DNA of 42,537 bases, taken from NCBI GenBank assembly GCA_041670045.1, contig JBAXZY010000002.1:1-42537 (forward strand). Direction: 5' to 3'. The position numbers were made by a program, and so were the translations under genes. Shown in pieces: positions 1 to 8,610 of the stretch (position 1 is its first letter; each line of letters opens with the position of its first letter). The stretch comes from Bacilli bacterium. Lineage in GTDB: Bacteria > Bacillota_I > Bacilli_A > RFN20 > CAG-288. The notes below the pieces were generated by a model. The model saw nothing but the letters and a program-made list of their open reading frames with translations, searched no databases and was not told the origin of the DNA.

Positions 1-1034
1 GTTATTTCTTCCTGTAAATCATAATCGGAATAATACTTAGCACTAAGAATAAGGCTGTTAGCTGAACAAGTGATTTTATCTAAAGGAGTGACAGCTGATG
101 TGATGGTCACATCACTGTCAGGCATGGTGAAATAATAATAGTTATTAATATTAGATAATGTAGTTCCATCTACTGATATTGTAGGGGTAGATATTTTATA
201 GCCATCTTTAGGATAAATATAAAGTTTGCATATAGAATTGACAGTACCTTTTTTAGGAAGAATGGTCTTGTCTAAATCAATGTTTTCATCTAATCCGACA
301 TAGCTGATGGATTTAACTGATGCTTCAACGATGGTAATCAGTAAATTAAGGGTTTTACAATCAACAAGAGGTAAGAAATACATTCCGTTATAAATTGAAA
401 GCTGACTAGAGGAAGTCGAATCATCAGCTGTGAAGGTAACATTGGAAACAGCATAGCCATCTTTAGTCCAAATCTCAAAAGAATTAGAAAACTTCATTCC
501 GGAGGAAAAACCCAAAACACAATAGTCATCATCATAGGCTGAATCAGTCAGTGAGTAAGAGACTTTGTAACTGGCTTCGGTATAATAGCTTTTATTGATT
601 ACCGCCACCACAACATCAGTAGCAGGCATTAGGAAAGCTCCGACTAAGACTTTAGGGTTACTTTTGTCGGCTATCAGATCAACGAAAGTCTGATTGAATT
701 GCAACATAAAAGCAGTATTGGCTTCGTTATCTAAGGTATAGGTAATTGTAACTGGATCACCGGCTGTATATTCACTGCCGGCTAAGACATTAAAGGTACC
801 TGGATAATACTGGCAATGGACTAGATCCAGAAGCTGGTATTTTTGAGCAACAGCGCTTGAAGAAGATGGAGATGATGATGAAATAGATTCCGAGCTATTA
901 ATGGATTCAAAACTTGAGGAATCGGTTATTGAAGAGGAAGTTTCACTGCTTGGAAGAGAAGAGGAATTGGTTTTAACACAGCCAGTAAGAAAAAGAGGAA
1001 GCAGGAAAGTTAAGACGGAATATTTTTTAAACAT
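1..1034 (-). CDS. Lipoprotein, C-terminus cut by the window edge; Ser-rich linker, then repeated beta-rich modules resembling divergent InlB B-repeats
   Basis: Not in the ORF track. My reverse-complement reading from ATG 1034..1032 gives MFKKYSVLTFLLPLFLTGCVKTNSSSLPSSETSSS (lipobox LTGC), preceded by GGGAGGAAGAAT. The frame stays open to position 3. Modules end like ...NNYYYFTMPDSDVTIT, as in the neighbouring 489-aa paralogue. Confidence 0.6.
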   Translation of the reverse strand, partial: MFKKYSVLTFLLPLFLTGCVKTNSSSLPSSETSSSITDSSSFESINSSESISSSSPSSSSAVAQKYQLLDLVHCQYYPGTFNVLAGSEYTAGDPVTITYTLDNEANTAFMLQFNQTFVDLIADKSNPKVLVGAFLMPATDVVVAVINKSYYTEASYKVSYSLTDSAYDDDYCVLGFSSGMKFSNSFEIWTKDGYAVSNVTFTADDSTSSSQLSIYNGMYFLPLVDCKTLNLLITIVEASVKSISYVGLDENIDLDKTILPKKGTVNSICKLYIYPKDGYKISTPTISVDGTTLSNINNYYYFTMPDSDVTITSAVTPLDKITCSANSLILSAKYYSDYDLQEEI

Positions 1035-1136
1035 ATTCTTCCTCCCTTCTTCAGTAATTCACTAGAAATAATGATAGGCTAAAAAAGAGTAAGAAACAAT
1101 AAGTTATGTTGCTTTTAAGGTTAATATGGAAGCCGT

Positions 1137-2606
1137 CTATTGTTTTGAAACCAGAACACTGGCCTTAATGGTGACATTATCATAAGGCATCATAAAATAA
1201 TAGAAACTATTACCTTTACTAAAAGTGACATTGTCTCCGCCATCAGTAGTAACACTGACTGAAGAATCATCTAAGTAATAGCCATCCTTCAGATTCAGGA
1301 CAAAACGAACAGTGGAATTAGGTAAATAATAATTCCTATCAGCATCAAAATAGGAGAAGGTTAAACCTTCAGACATTTCGTTCTTAACTAAATAGGCCTT
1401 AGAAACACTTGGCTTAAAGACAACATCCGAGCCAATGGATTCATAATCAACCAAGTAACGGAAGATATTGGAATTGTATTTTCCTGGGCAAGTACCATCA
1501 CAGGTAACATTATCTAGCTGATAGCCGTCATCAACTTCAAAAGAAACATTCACCTGTCCATTAAGACCGGTTATTCCAGCAGAAGTTATTTCACCGCCAT
1601 TGAAACGAGCTTTCATTGACTTAACATGCTCAGTTTCAGCAAAAGTCAGAGTATAAAACTTATGAGTTGTGAAAGTAATAGTTAAATCACTATCAGGCAT
1701 ATAAAATTGCATTAGATTGTCTAAGCCATACTCAGGAGTAACATTTTCATCGGAGAAACTGACTTTATAAGAGTAGCCATCTACGCAGCTAACAGTGGCT
1801 TGAATTAGGTCAGTATAATAACCAGTAGTAGGGAGTTCTGAATGAGTGGTGTCAATATGTTCATCTATGCCCTTATAAGTAATGGTGTGAGCTGTTAATT
1901 TCTTGACGGTTATCGTTAAAGTAATAGAAGTGGCATCTACGACGGGTAAAGTATAATCGTAAGTATCAACGGAAGTCAGTTTATCATTAGCTCCGCTTGT
2001 AGTTGTATAAGAAACAGTACTAATACAACGATCAGCTAACCAAACACAGAGATTAGTTCCTTGATTCACCTGAGTACCTGATTTCAGACCTAGGACATGA
2101 TAGTCATCCCCGGTTTCATAATTGACGGTATAGGAAGCTGAGGCAGTATCAACAGTCGGAGCAATAAAGATACATAGGACAATATCTTCATCCGGCATGA
2201 TAAAAGAAGAGCTAAGCCCATTATCATTCGAAGACTTATAAAAATAATAATAGCTATCATTGACCTGCAGATAAGTATTGTCAGTCAAGTCTTTTTTGTA
2301 ATTGCATTTAAAGACTACTGACTTTCCAACTGTCAGTGAATCGCCTTCAGCAAGTGAATAAGAACTGGCTGAGCGGGTAAAATCAATAACATTAAGAATC
2401 TTTTTCTTAATAATAGTAGTACTAGAACTGCTGCTAAGAGAACTTTCACTAATAGAAGAAGAGACACTATCAGAAGATAGAGAAGACGAAGAAGCTGATG
2501 AAGAATCTAAAGAAGAAGATAGACTGCTATTAGAACCAGCCGTTGAAGAACAGCTGCTGATAGCAAGAACAAATACTAATAAGCTCGCAAAAATACTTTT
2601 TTTCAT
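1137..2606 (-). CDS. Lipoprotein with Ser-rich linker and at least 3 repeated beta-modules (divergent InlB B-repeat-like)
   Basis: Signal peptide plus lipobox (LAISSCSS). Long poly-Ser linker. Modules repeatedly end in F/Y-x-MP-x-x-D-hydrophobic (FIMPDEDIVL, FYMPDSDLTITF, FMMPYDNVTIKA). Confidence 0.75.
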   Translation of the reverse strand: MKKSIFASLLVFVLAISSCSSTAGSNSSLSSSLDSSSASSSSLSSDSVSSSISESSLSSSSSTTIIKKKILNVIDFTRSASSYSLAEGDSLTVGKSVVFKCNYKKDLTDNTYLQVNDSYYYFYKSSNDNGLSSSFIMPDEDIVLCIFIAPTVDTASASYTVNYETGDDYHVLGLKSGTQVNQGTNLCVWLADRCISTVSYTTTSGANDKLTSVDTYDYTLPVVDATSITLTITVKKLTAHTITYKGIDEHIDTTHSELPTTGYYTDLIQATVSCVDGYSYKVSFSDENVTPEYGLDNLMQFYMPDSDLTITFTTHKFYTLTFAETEHVKSMKARFNGGEITSAGITGLNGQVNVSFEVDDGYQLDNVTCDGTCPGKYNSNIFRYLVDYESIGSDVVFKPSVSKAYLVKNEMSEGLTFSYFDADRNYYLPNSTVRFVLNLKDGYYLDDSSVSVTTDGGDNVTFSKGNSFYYFMMPYDNVTIKASVLVSKQ

Positions 2607-2854
2607 AATTTATACCCCCTTTTTTGAAAAATCGAATCTTCGAATAGTCCAAGTCAGCCTGATTCAAGATGAACTCAGGTCTCAATAATGAACTAAAACA
2701 TAGCCTCTCTTTTATGTTCCTATAAATCTTTAGGCTTTCTTTTTGGAATGCAATAAAAGCTTTTCAAAATAAAAAAATGCCCGACCGATTCAAGATAAAG
2801 ACTTCTTTTTGACCGTTAGAAAAGTAAAACCCAGCAACACTATTATGCCTTACT

Positions 2855-2886
2855 CAATAAAAGAGGCCGCCTTTAAGGCAGCCCCT
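2855..2886 (-). terminator. Intrinsic terminator after hypA
   Basis: Minus strand reads GGGGCUGCC-UUAAA-GGCGGCCUCU followed by UUUUAUU, immediately after the hypA stop at 2893. Confidence 0.6.
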
Positions 2887-2892
2887 GTTCTA

Positions 2893-3237
2893 TCATTCTA
2901 CTTCGATTTCCTTGATGTTCATCTCATTGCCTTGAAGAAGATGAGTGAATTCACTCTTGCAATAGGGGCAGACCCGTCCATATTTGATGGTATCATACTG
3001 TTTTCCGCAGCTATCGCATAACGTAATGGCTTTGATTGGAACAATCTTCAGCTTGGAGCCTTTCATAATCGGACTTTTGGAGCAGGCCCAGTTCCAGACA
3101 TCCTCGAAGTAGGAAGTGACAATCGTGGAGACATCCCCGATTTCAAGAGTCGTCTTCTTCACATGCTTGATGTCTTTGTCTTTAGCAAAGTCTTCTATCG
3201 TCTTAATGATTTCAAAGGCAACGCCTAACTCATGCAT
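2893..3237 (-). CDS. hypA: Hydrogenase/nickel-enzyme maturation factor HypA
   Basis: Internal start MHELGVAFEI... is the typical HypA N-terminus (MHE). Zinc motif CDSC...CPYC is present. The start overlaps the upstream stop (ATGCATGA). The 36 codons upstream in the track ORF lie inside the preceding gene. Confidence 0.85.
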   Translation of the reverse strand: MHELGVAFEIIKTIEDFAKDKDIKHVKKTTLEIGDVSTIVTSYFEDVWNWACSKSPIMKGSKLKIVPIKAITLCDSCGKQYDTIKYGRVCPYCKSEFTHLLQGNEMNIKEIEVE

Positions 3238-6085
3238 TCTTAGAAGCCTTTTTCTTTTGCTTGATGGCTTTCTTATCGACCTTGTGCTTCTTCTCACTGG
3301 CTTTTTCAGCAGCTGTCTTCTTACCGAAGACGACCTTGAAGCCACGCTTTACAACATAAGGCAATAAGGCCTTGACCTTGTCTTCAGCCTTATACATGGT
3401 GCTGGCTTCCGGATGAACTCTAAAGAGATGAATGGCATCGAAGTTGCACTTAGTGGTGCAGACTCCGCAGCCAATGCATTTGTTTTCGTCCACTACAGCA
3501 GCACCGCAGCTTAAGCAGCGCTTAGTCTCAATTGCCACCTGATCGCTAGTAAGAGTCTTATGGGCATCAATGAAGTTATGATGATAATCGATGGCTTCAT
3601 TCATGCCTTCTTCCTGACGGCCGGCATGATCGTAGGAGATGTCAGCAATATTGTTTTTATCTAAAGCCACATATTCGTATTTGTTTCTTCCAATAGTCAA
3701 AGAAGTGCCAGGCTGGACAAAACGGTGAATGGAGATAGCGGCCTTCTTGCCTTCCTCAATTGCATCAATTGCAAAACTAGGTCCAGTATAGACATCCCCG
3801 CCGACAAAGATATCGGGTTCTTCTGTCTGGAAGGTGATCTTGTCAGCCAAAGGACCTTTGGCACGATTGAAAGTAACTTTGCTGCCTTTTAGTAAGTCAT
3901 TCCAGACAATGGCCTGACCAATAGAGAAGATGACAGTCTTGCAGGGAATAGTCTTCGTAATGCTTTCATCATAGACCGGAGCAAAATGATGGTTTTCGTC
4001 ATAGACTTTCACGCACTTCTTGACGATGATGCCACTGACTTTGTTATCAGTAAGTAAAACTTCTTTAGGTGCCCAGCCACAGTTGATTTCAACCTTTTCT
4101 TCTTCAGCTTCCTGAATCTCCTGCTTAGTAGCCGGCATGATGTCTCTAGTCTCCAGACAGAACATGGAGACCTTGCCTGAAGTCAAACGGGTGGAGCTTC
4201 TTGAAGCATCGATAGCGACATTGCCGCCGCCAATAACAACTACATCACCTAATAACTTCGGAGCTTTGTCTTCTTGGATGGCACGTAAGAAATCAACAGC
4301 CGTAAAGACATTCTCACCTGTTTCCCCATTGATATGAGGAAGCTTGCCACCTTGACAGCCGATAGCAATATAGAAAGCCTTATAGCCTTCTTTTCTTAAG
4401 CTATCTAAAGTAACATCCTTGCCGACTTCGACTCCATACTTGATATCAACGCCTAAATCCTTAATAACTTCAACTTCAGCATCAATAACATTCTTTTCTA
4501 GTTTATAAGAAGGAATACCATATCTAAGCATTCCACCGGGCTTAGCGCTCTTTTCATAGATAGTAGGGTTGTAGCCTTGCATAGCTAGATAGTAAGCACA
4601 GCTTAAACCAGCAGGTCCGGCGCCGATAATAGCGACTTTTTCTTTCCAACGGCCAACATTGGAGGCAATGATAGGAGTAGGAATATAACGAGTCTCTTTC
4701 TTTAAATCCTGTTCAGCCAGGAATTTCTTAACGGCATCAATGGCCACTGGATGATCAATGGTTCCTCTAGTGCAGGCATCTTCGCATTTCTTGTTGCAGA
4801 TTCGGCCGCAGATGGCAGGTAAAGGATTTTCCTTCTTGATCAAAGCCAACGCTTCCTGATATTTGCCTTGACTGGCAAGTTTCAAATAGCCTTGAACAGC
4901 AATATGGGCTGGGCAGCTAGCTTTGCAGGGAGCCGTACCGGTTTCATAGCAATTGATGCGGTTGTTGTCACGATAGTTCTCATCCCACTTGTCTTCACCC
5001 CAATGCATATTGTCCGGAAGCTCATGCTTAGGATAATTGATAGGACCAGTCTTAGTGCAAAGCTTCTGACCTAACTTAACGGCACCGGCGGGGCAATGCT
5101 CGACACAGCCACCGCAGGCCACACAGTTCATCGGATCGACTTTAGCGACATAGGCGCTTCTTGACATATTGGGTGTGTTGAATAGCTGGGAGGTTCGTAA
5201 GGCATTGCAGATGTTGATGTTGCAGTTGCAGATAGCAAAGATCTTGTTCTTGCCATCAATGTTAGTGATCTGATGGACAAAGCCGTTATCTTCAGCTCTT
5301 TTCATAATAGCCATAGCTTCATCGTAAGTGACATAATGGCCTTTTTTAGTTTCCACACAGTAATCAGCCATATCTCCTAAGCCGATGCACCAGTCTTCGC
5401 AGTTGTCGCCACAGCCTTCACCTAATTTGGCTCGGCCATAACGGCAGGAGCAGATACCGGCTGAGATATGACCGGCATATTTCTTCAGCCAATAGGAAAT
5501 ATGTTCGATATCAATGGAGGTATTCTCCATCTTGATGGCTTTTTCAACTGGGATGACATGCATACCAATGCCAGCACCGCCCATAGGAACTAAATGTGTT
5601 ACTTTCTCTAAGGGTAAGAAGGTCATTCTTTCAAAGAACATGGCCAGTTCCGGATGCTTATCAATAGCTTCCTTTCGCATATTGGTGAATTCAGCGGAGC
5701 CAGGGACAAATAAAGGAAGGACATAATAACGGACATGAGGGGCACCTTTGATCGGACCATTGTCGTCATAGTGGTCACCATAGTTGAATTCCAATAATCC
5801 AGCATAGGACATCTGATCAAGAAGTTTCTGAACCTGCTCCGGAGTCTTCTCTTTATTACGTTTGCAGATTTGTTCAAAGGTATAAGGTGTTCTTAACTTC
5901 ATAGTTAAAGCAATATCGGCCATTTCATCAGTCATAACACATCTTAAGCCCCAGTATTCTGGGTCTTCGGAAGTTACTTTGTGCCCGATGCGGTCAGTGA
6001 CACGCTGAGCAATCTTGAGAATCTTCTTATTGGGGTTCTTCTCTCCGATGAACTCCGGCTTATAGGCTTTGGACATTTCAGGCAT
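3230..6085 (-). CDS. Multidomain Fe-S flavoprotein, GltD/NfnB-like NAD(P)H oxidoreductase with extra Cys-rich and ferredoxin domains
   Basis: CNKKCEDACTRG followed by the Rossmann motif VAIIGAGPAGLSCAYYL and a second fold VVVIGGGNVAIDASR. C-terminal CLSCGAAVVDENKCIGCGVCTTKC. N-terminal Cys clusters (CSCRYG, CNCNINIC, CVACGGCVEHCP). Confidence 0.75.
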   Translation of the reverse strand: MPEMSKAYKPEFIGEKNPNKKILKIAQRVTDRIGHKVTSEDPEYWGLRCVMTDEMADIALTMKLRTPYTFEQICKRNKEKTPEQVQKLLDQMSYAGLLEFNYGDHYDDNGPIKGAPHVRYYVLPLFVPGSAEFTNMRKEAIDKHPELAMFFERMTFLPLEKVTHLVPMGGAGIGMHVIPVEKAIKMENTSIDIEHISYWLKKYAGHISAGICSCRYGRAKLGEGCGDNCEDWCIGLGDMADYCVETKKGHYVTYDEAMAIMKRAEDNGFVHQITNIDGKNKIFAICNCNINICNALRTSQLFNTPNMSRSAYVAKVDPMNCVACGGCVEHCPAGAVKLGQKLCTKTGPINYPKHELPDNMHWGEDKWDENYRDNNRINCYETGTAPCKASCPAHIAVQGYLKLASQGKYQEALALIKKENPLPAICGRICNKKCEDACTRGTIDHPVAIDAVKKFLAEQDLKKETRYIPTPIIASNVGRWKEKVAIIGAGPAGLSCAYYLAMQGYNPTIYEKSAKPGGMLRYGIPSYKLEKNVIDAEVEVIKDLGVDIKYGVEVGKDVTLDSLRKEGYKAFYIAIGCQGGKLPHINGETGENVFTAVDFLRAIQEDKAPKLLGDVVVIGGGNVAIDASRSSTRLTSGKVSMFCLETRDIMPATKQEIQEAEEEKVEINCGWAPKEVLLTDNKVSGIIVKKCVKVYDENHHFAPVYDESITKTIPCKTVIFSIGQAIVWNDLLKGSKVTFNRAKGPLADKITFQTEEPDIFVGGDVYTGPSFAIDAIEEGKKAAISIHRFVQPGTSLTIGRNKYEYVALDKNNIADISYDHAGRQEEGMNEAIDYHHNFIDAHKTLTSDQVAIETKRCLSCGAAVVDENKCIGCGVCTTKCNFDAIHLFRVHPEASTMYKAEDKVKALLPYVVKRGFKVVFGKKTAAEKASEKKHKVDKKAIKQKKKASKNA

Positions 6086-6088
6086 AAA

Positions 6089-6766
6089 CTAATTTCCTTT
6101 CCAGGCTTTGACCTGTTCTCGTAAGTAGTCAGCTAATTCCTTAATTCCCTCGCCAGTCTTAGCTGAAACCAGCATGACTTTGGCATCCGGATTACGGAAA
6201 TGGACATTCTTGATAGCTTTTTCAACTTCAAAATCAAAGACCTTAAGCGTATCAACTTTAGAGATAATGACTAAACCACAGACTTTATACATCAAAGGAT
6301 ACTTCAAAGGCTTATCGTCTCCTTCCGGAACCGAAAGAATTGTGGCATTAAGACAGGCTCCAGTATCAAATTCAGCCGGGCAAACTAAATTTCCGACATT
6401 CTCTAAGAAAATCAAATCCAAGTCTTTGGATTGAAGATTATCTAATCCTACTTTAGTCATGCCAGCATCCAGATGACATTCGCCTCCGGTATGAAGTTGA
6501 ATAGCTTCAACACCCGTATGATCAATAATGCTTTTAGCATCAACATCACTGTCAATATCAGCTTCCATGACACCAATCTTCAAATCATTCTTAAGTTCAT
6601 TGATTAAAGCATTCAATAAGGTAGTCTTTCCAGAACCTGGAGAAGACATCAGGTTGACTAAAAAGACTTTCTTGTCTTTCAATTCTCTTCTTGTCTCATT
6701 AGCATCGACATTGTTCTTGGCAAAAACGCTTTGCTTAATTTCGATAATACGGATATTCTTATCCAT
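6089..6766 (-). CDS. hypB: Nickel-insertion GTPase HypB
   Basis: P-loop SSPGSGKTTLL, plus ENVGNLVCPAEFD and ISKVD motifs. Size is about 225 aa. Confidence 0.9.
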   Translation of the reverse strand: MDKNIRIIEIKQSVFAKNNVDANETRRELKDKKVFLVNLMSSPGSGKTTLLNALINELKNDLKIGVMEADIDSDVDAKSIIDHTGVEAIQLHTGGECHLDAGMTKVGLDNLQSKDLDLIFLENVGNLVCPAEFDTGACLNATILSVPEGDDKPLKYPLMYKVCGLVIISKVDTLKVFDFEVEKAIKNVHFRNPDAKVMLVSAKTGEGIKELADYLREQVKAWKGN

Positions 6767-6972
6767 TTTTGTTCATCCTTCCCCTGTTTGTATATTATTA
6801 TTATACCCTATTAACTATCTCAAAATAAATTAGGATGAACAAATAAAAAGTCAAATAAAGAAAGCCATTAAAAAAGTCTTCTTTTTCAAAAGGGAAAAAG
6901 AATGCTTAATATTTCACCAGTCTCTTTTTTATTGTAAAGGTTGGTAAGTAAAAGAATACTTATAAATGCTAA

Positions 6973-8319
6973 TTAAAGATAGTTCTCCCGATCCGGATAA
7001 GGATCAGGAGCGTTTTCTTTACGTTCTAATTGATAGAAGTAGCCACCGGTAGCTTTTATATTACTTAAAGTGATTTCAGAATAAGAATGAGTTGAATCAT
7101 CCGGAAGTTGGAAATAATGAAAAGGATAACCAACGGTCATGGAAAAAGCTTTTGTTCCTTTGATCAATTCGCTGTCTTTGGTATATTGGTAATCGGCTTC
7201 CAAGTCTAAACGATAATAAGGAGAGAACAGAGTTCCTTTGGAAAGCCATAAGACTTTATCCGTGCCATCAATTCTTTCTTCAATTGGAAGATAGGAAGCA
7301 TAATTGTCATTACTCATTTCAATACGTTTAATATCATATCTTTCAGAACATAGATAATAGTTAAAGGTATCTAGAGAAACACTTGAGGCTCCACTATTAA
7401 GACTTACTTCTTTACTAGCATGGCTGCTTTCAAGATGAACAATTGAGATACTGAAGTTGCCTTTAGCATAAGTGAAGTCTTCTTTATCACCTTTCTTAAG
7501 ACCCACAATATTGGTTAATTCAGAATAATAATTGACTTCGACTTTATAGGGATCAACTGAACTATATGCTTGATGGGATGAAGATAAGTCTTTAACGAAA
7601 TAGAAGCAATAATCAACATAGGAATCGTTGTTTTCAAAAGGAAACTTTGCAAATTCGCTTAAAGTATTCATAGGAAGCAAATAGGTATTGAAATTCTGAG
7701 AGAAGCACCCGGTGGTACCATTACGATAATTGTCTTCTGGATGATCTAAAGCCGAAGAAAGACTAGAGATATATGGGTTACCTCGGAAATATTGATAGAT
7801 ATTATCCATATAAGAATCAAATACTTGGCGATTATCAATCGTTGCGACATATTGTTGGGAAGAGGAAAAATAAGTAGCTAAGAAAGAATCACTCCCCGCC
7901 TTCAAACTTATTTTAGGCAGATCATATAAGCCACTAGATTTGAGAAGAGAATCAGAAAAGAATTCGTTGCTCTTAATCGTGTAATTATCTTTTTCCTTAT
8001 CAGAGCTCTTGACTCCAAAATAGATTCCTACTCCAGTAGCTGAAAGAGCAATTACACCCACTAATACTAAAGCAATAATAAGGGTCCGTCTGCTTTTCTT
8101 ATTATGTTGGAGGTTTTTATCAACGTCACCATAATCCAGCAATTCATTTTCAGTGCAGGAAAACAAAGCACATAAAGCCATCAAAGATGATTTAGTAGGT
8201 AAAGCAAGTCCTTGTTCCCACTTAGCAACTAAGCTTCTGGAAACATAGATCTTATCGGCCAGTTGTGACTGAGTTAGACCTAATTGGATTCTTTTTTCTT
8301 TCAGTTTGTTAGAAAACAT
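6973..8319 (-). CDS. Membrane-anchored XRE-family HTH protein with a large extracytoplasmic domain
   Basis: HTH LGLTQSQLADKIYVSRSLVAKWEQG. Single TM segment TLIIALVLVGVIALSATGVGIYFGV. Start moved to ATG 8319 because GGAGG lies 6 nt upstream. Confidence 0.75.
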   Translation of the reverse strand: MFSNKLKEKRIQLGLTQSQLADKIYVSRSLVAKWEQGLALPTKSSLMALCALFSCTENELLDYGDVDKNLQHNKKSRRTLIIALVLVGVIALSATGVGIYFGVKSSDKEKDNYTIKSNEFFSDSLLKSSGLYDLPKISLKAGSDSFLATYFSSSQQYVATIDNRQVFDSYMDNIYQYFRGNPYISSLSSALDHPEDNYRNGTTGCFSQNFNTYLLPMNTLSEFAKFPFENNDSYVDYCFYFVKDLSSSHQAYSSVDPYKVEVNYYSELTNIVGLKKGDKEDFTYAKGNFSISIVHLESSHASKEVSLNSGASSVSLDTFNYYLCSERYDIKRIEMSNDNYASYLPIEERIDGTDKVLWLSKGTLFSPYYRLDLEADYQYTKDSELIKGTKAFSMTVGYPFHYFQLPDDSTHSYSEITLSNIKATGGYFYQLERKENAPDPYPDRENYL

Positions 8320-8610
8320 AGGTGGCCTCCTGAGCATACTAATTATATCAAAAGCATTAAAAAAACCATGATACTTCCGTGATACTTTAGCTTTTTAAAC
8401 CCAAAATAAAAATGGTTTCTTGATTATCCAATTGTTTGTTTAGAAGAATTTTTTCAAGCCAAAATTTTATCATTTTTAGAATAAAATATTTGTTAATTTC
8501 ATAAAGATAGGAGCCAACTCTTTATACTTTAAAAGGTTGTATAATTAAGGGATTGTTTGAATTGAGATATTTTCTTTTGATTCACTTAATTAGAAAAACG
8601 ATAGTCAAAT

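Noticed and set aside
3238-3345. N-terminal extension of hypA (track ORF start at 3345)
   Set aside because: The extension lies wholly inside the upstream flavoprotein gene and is Arg/Ser-rich. The canonical HypA start MHE is at 3237.
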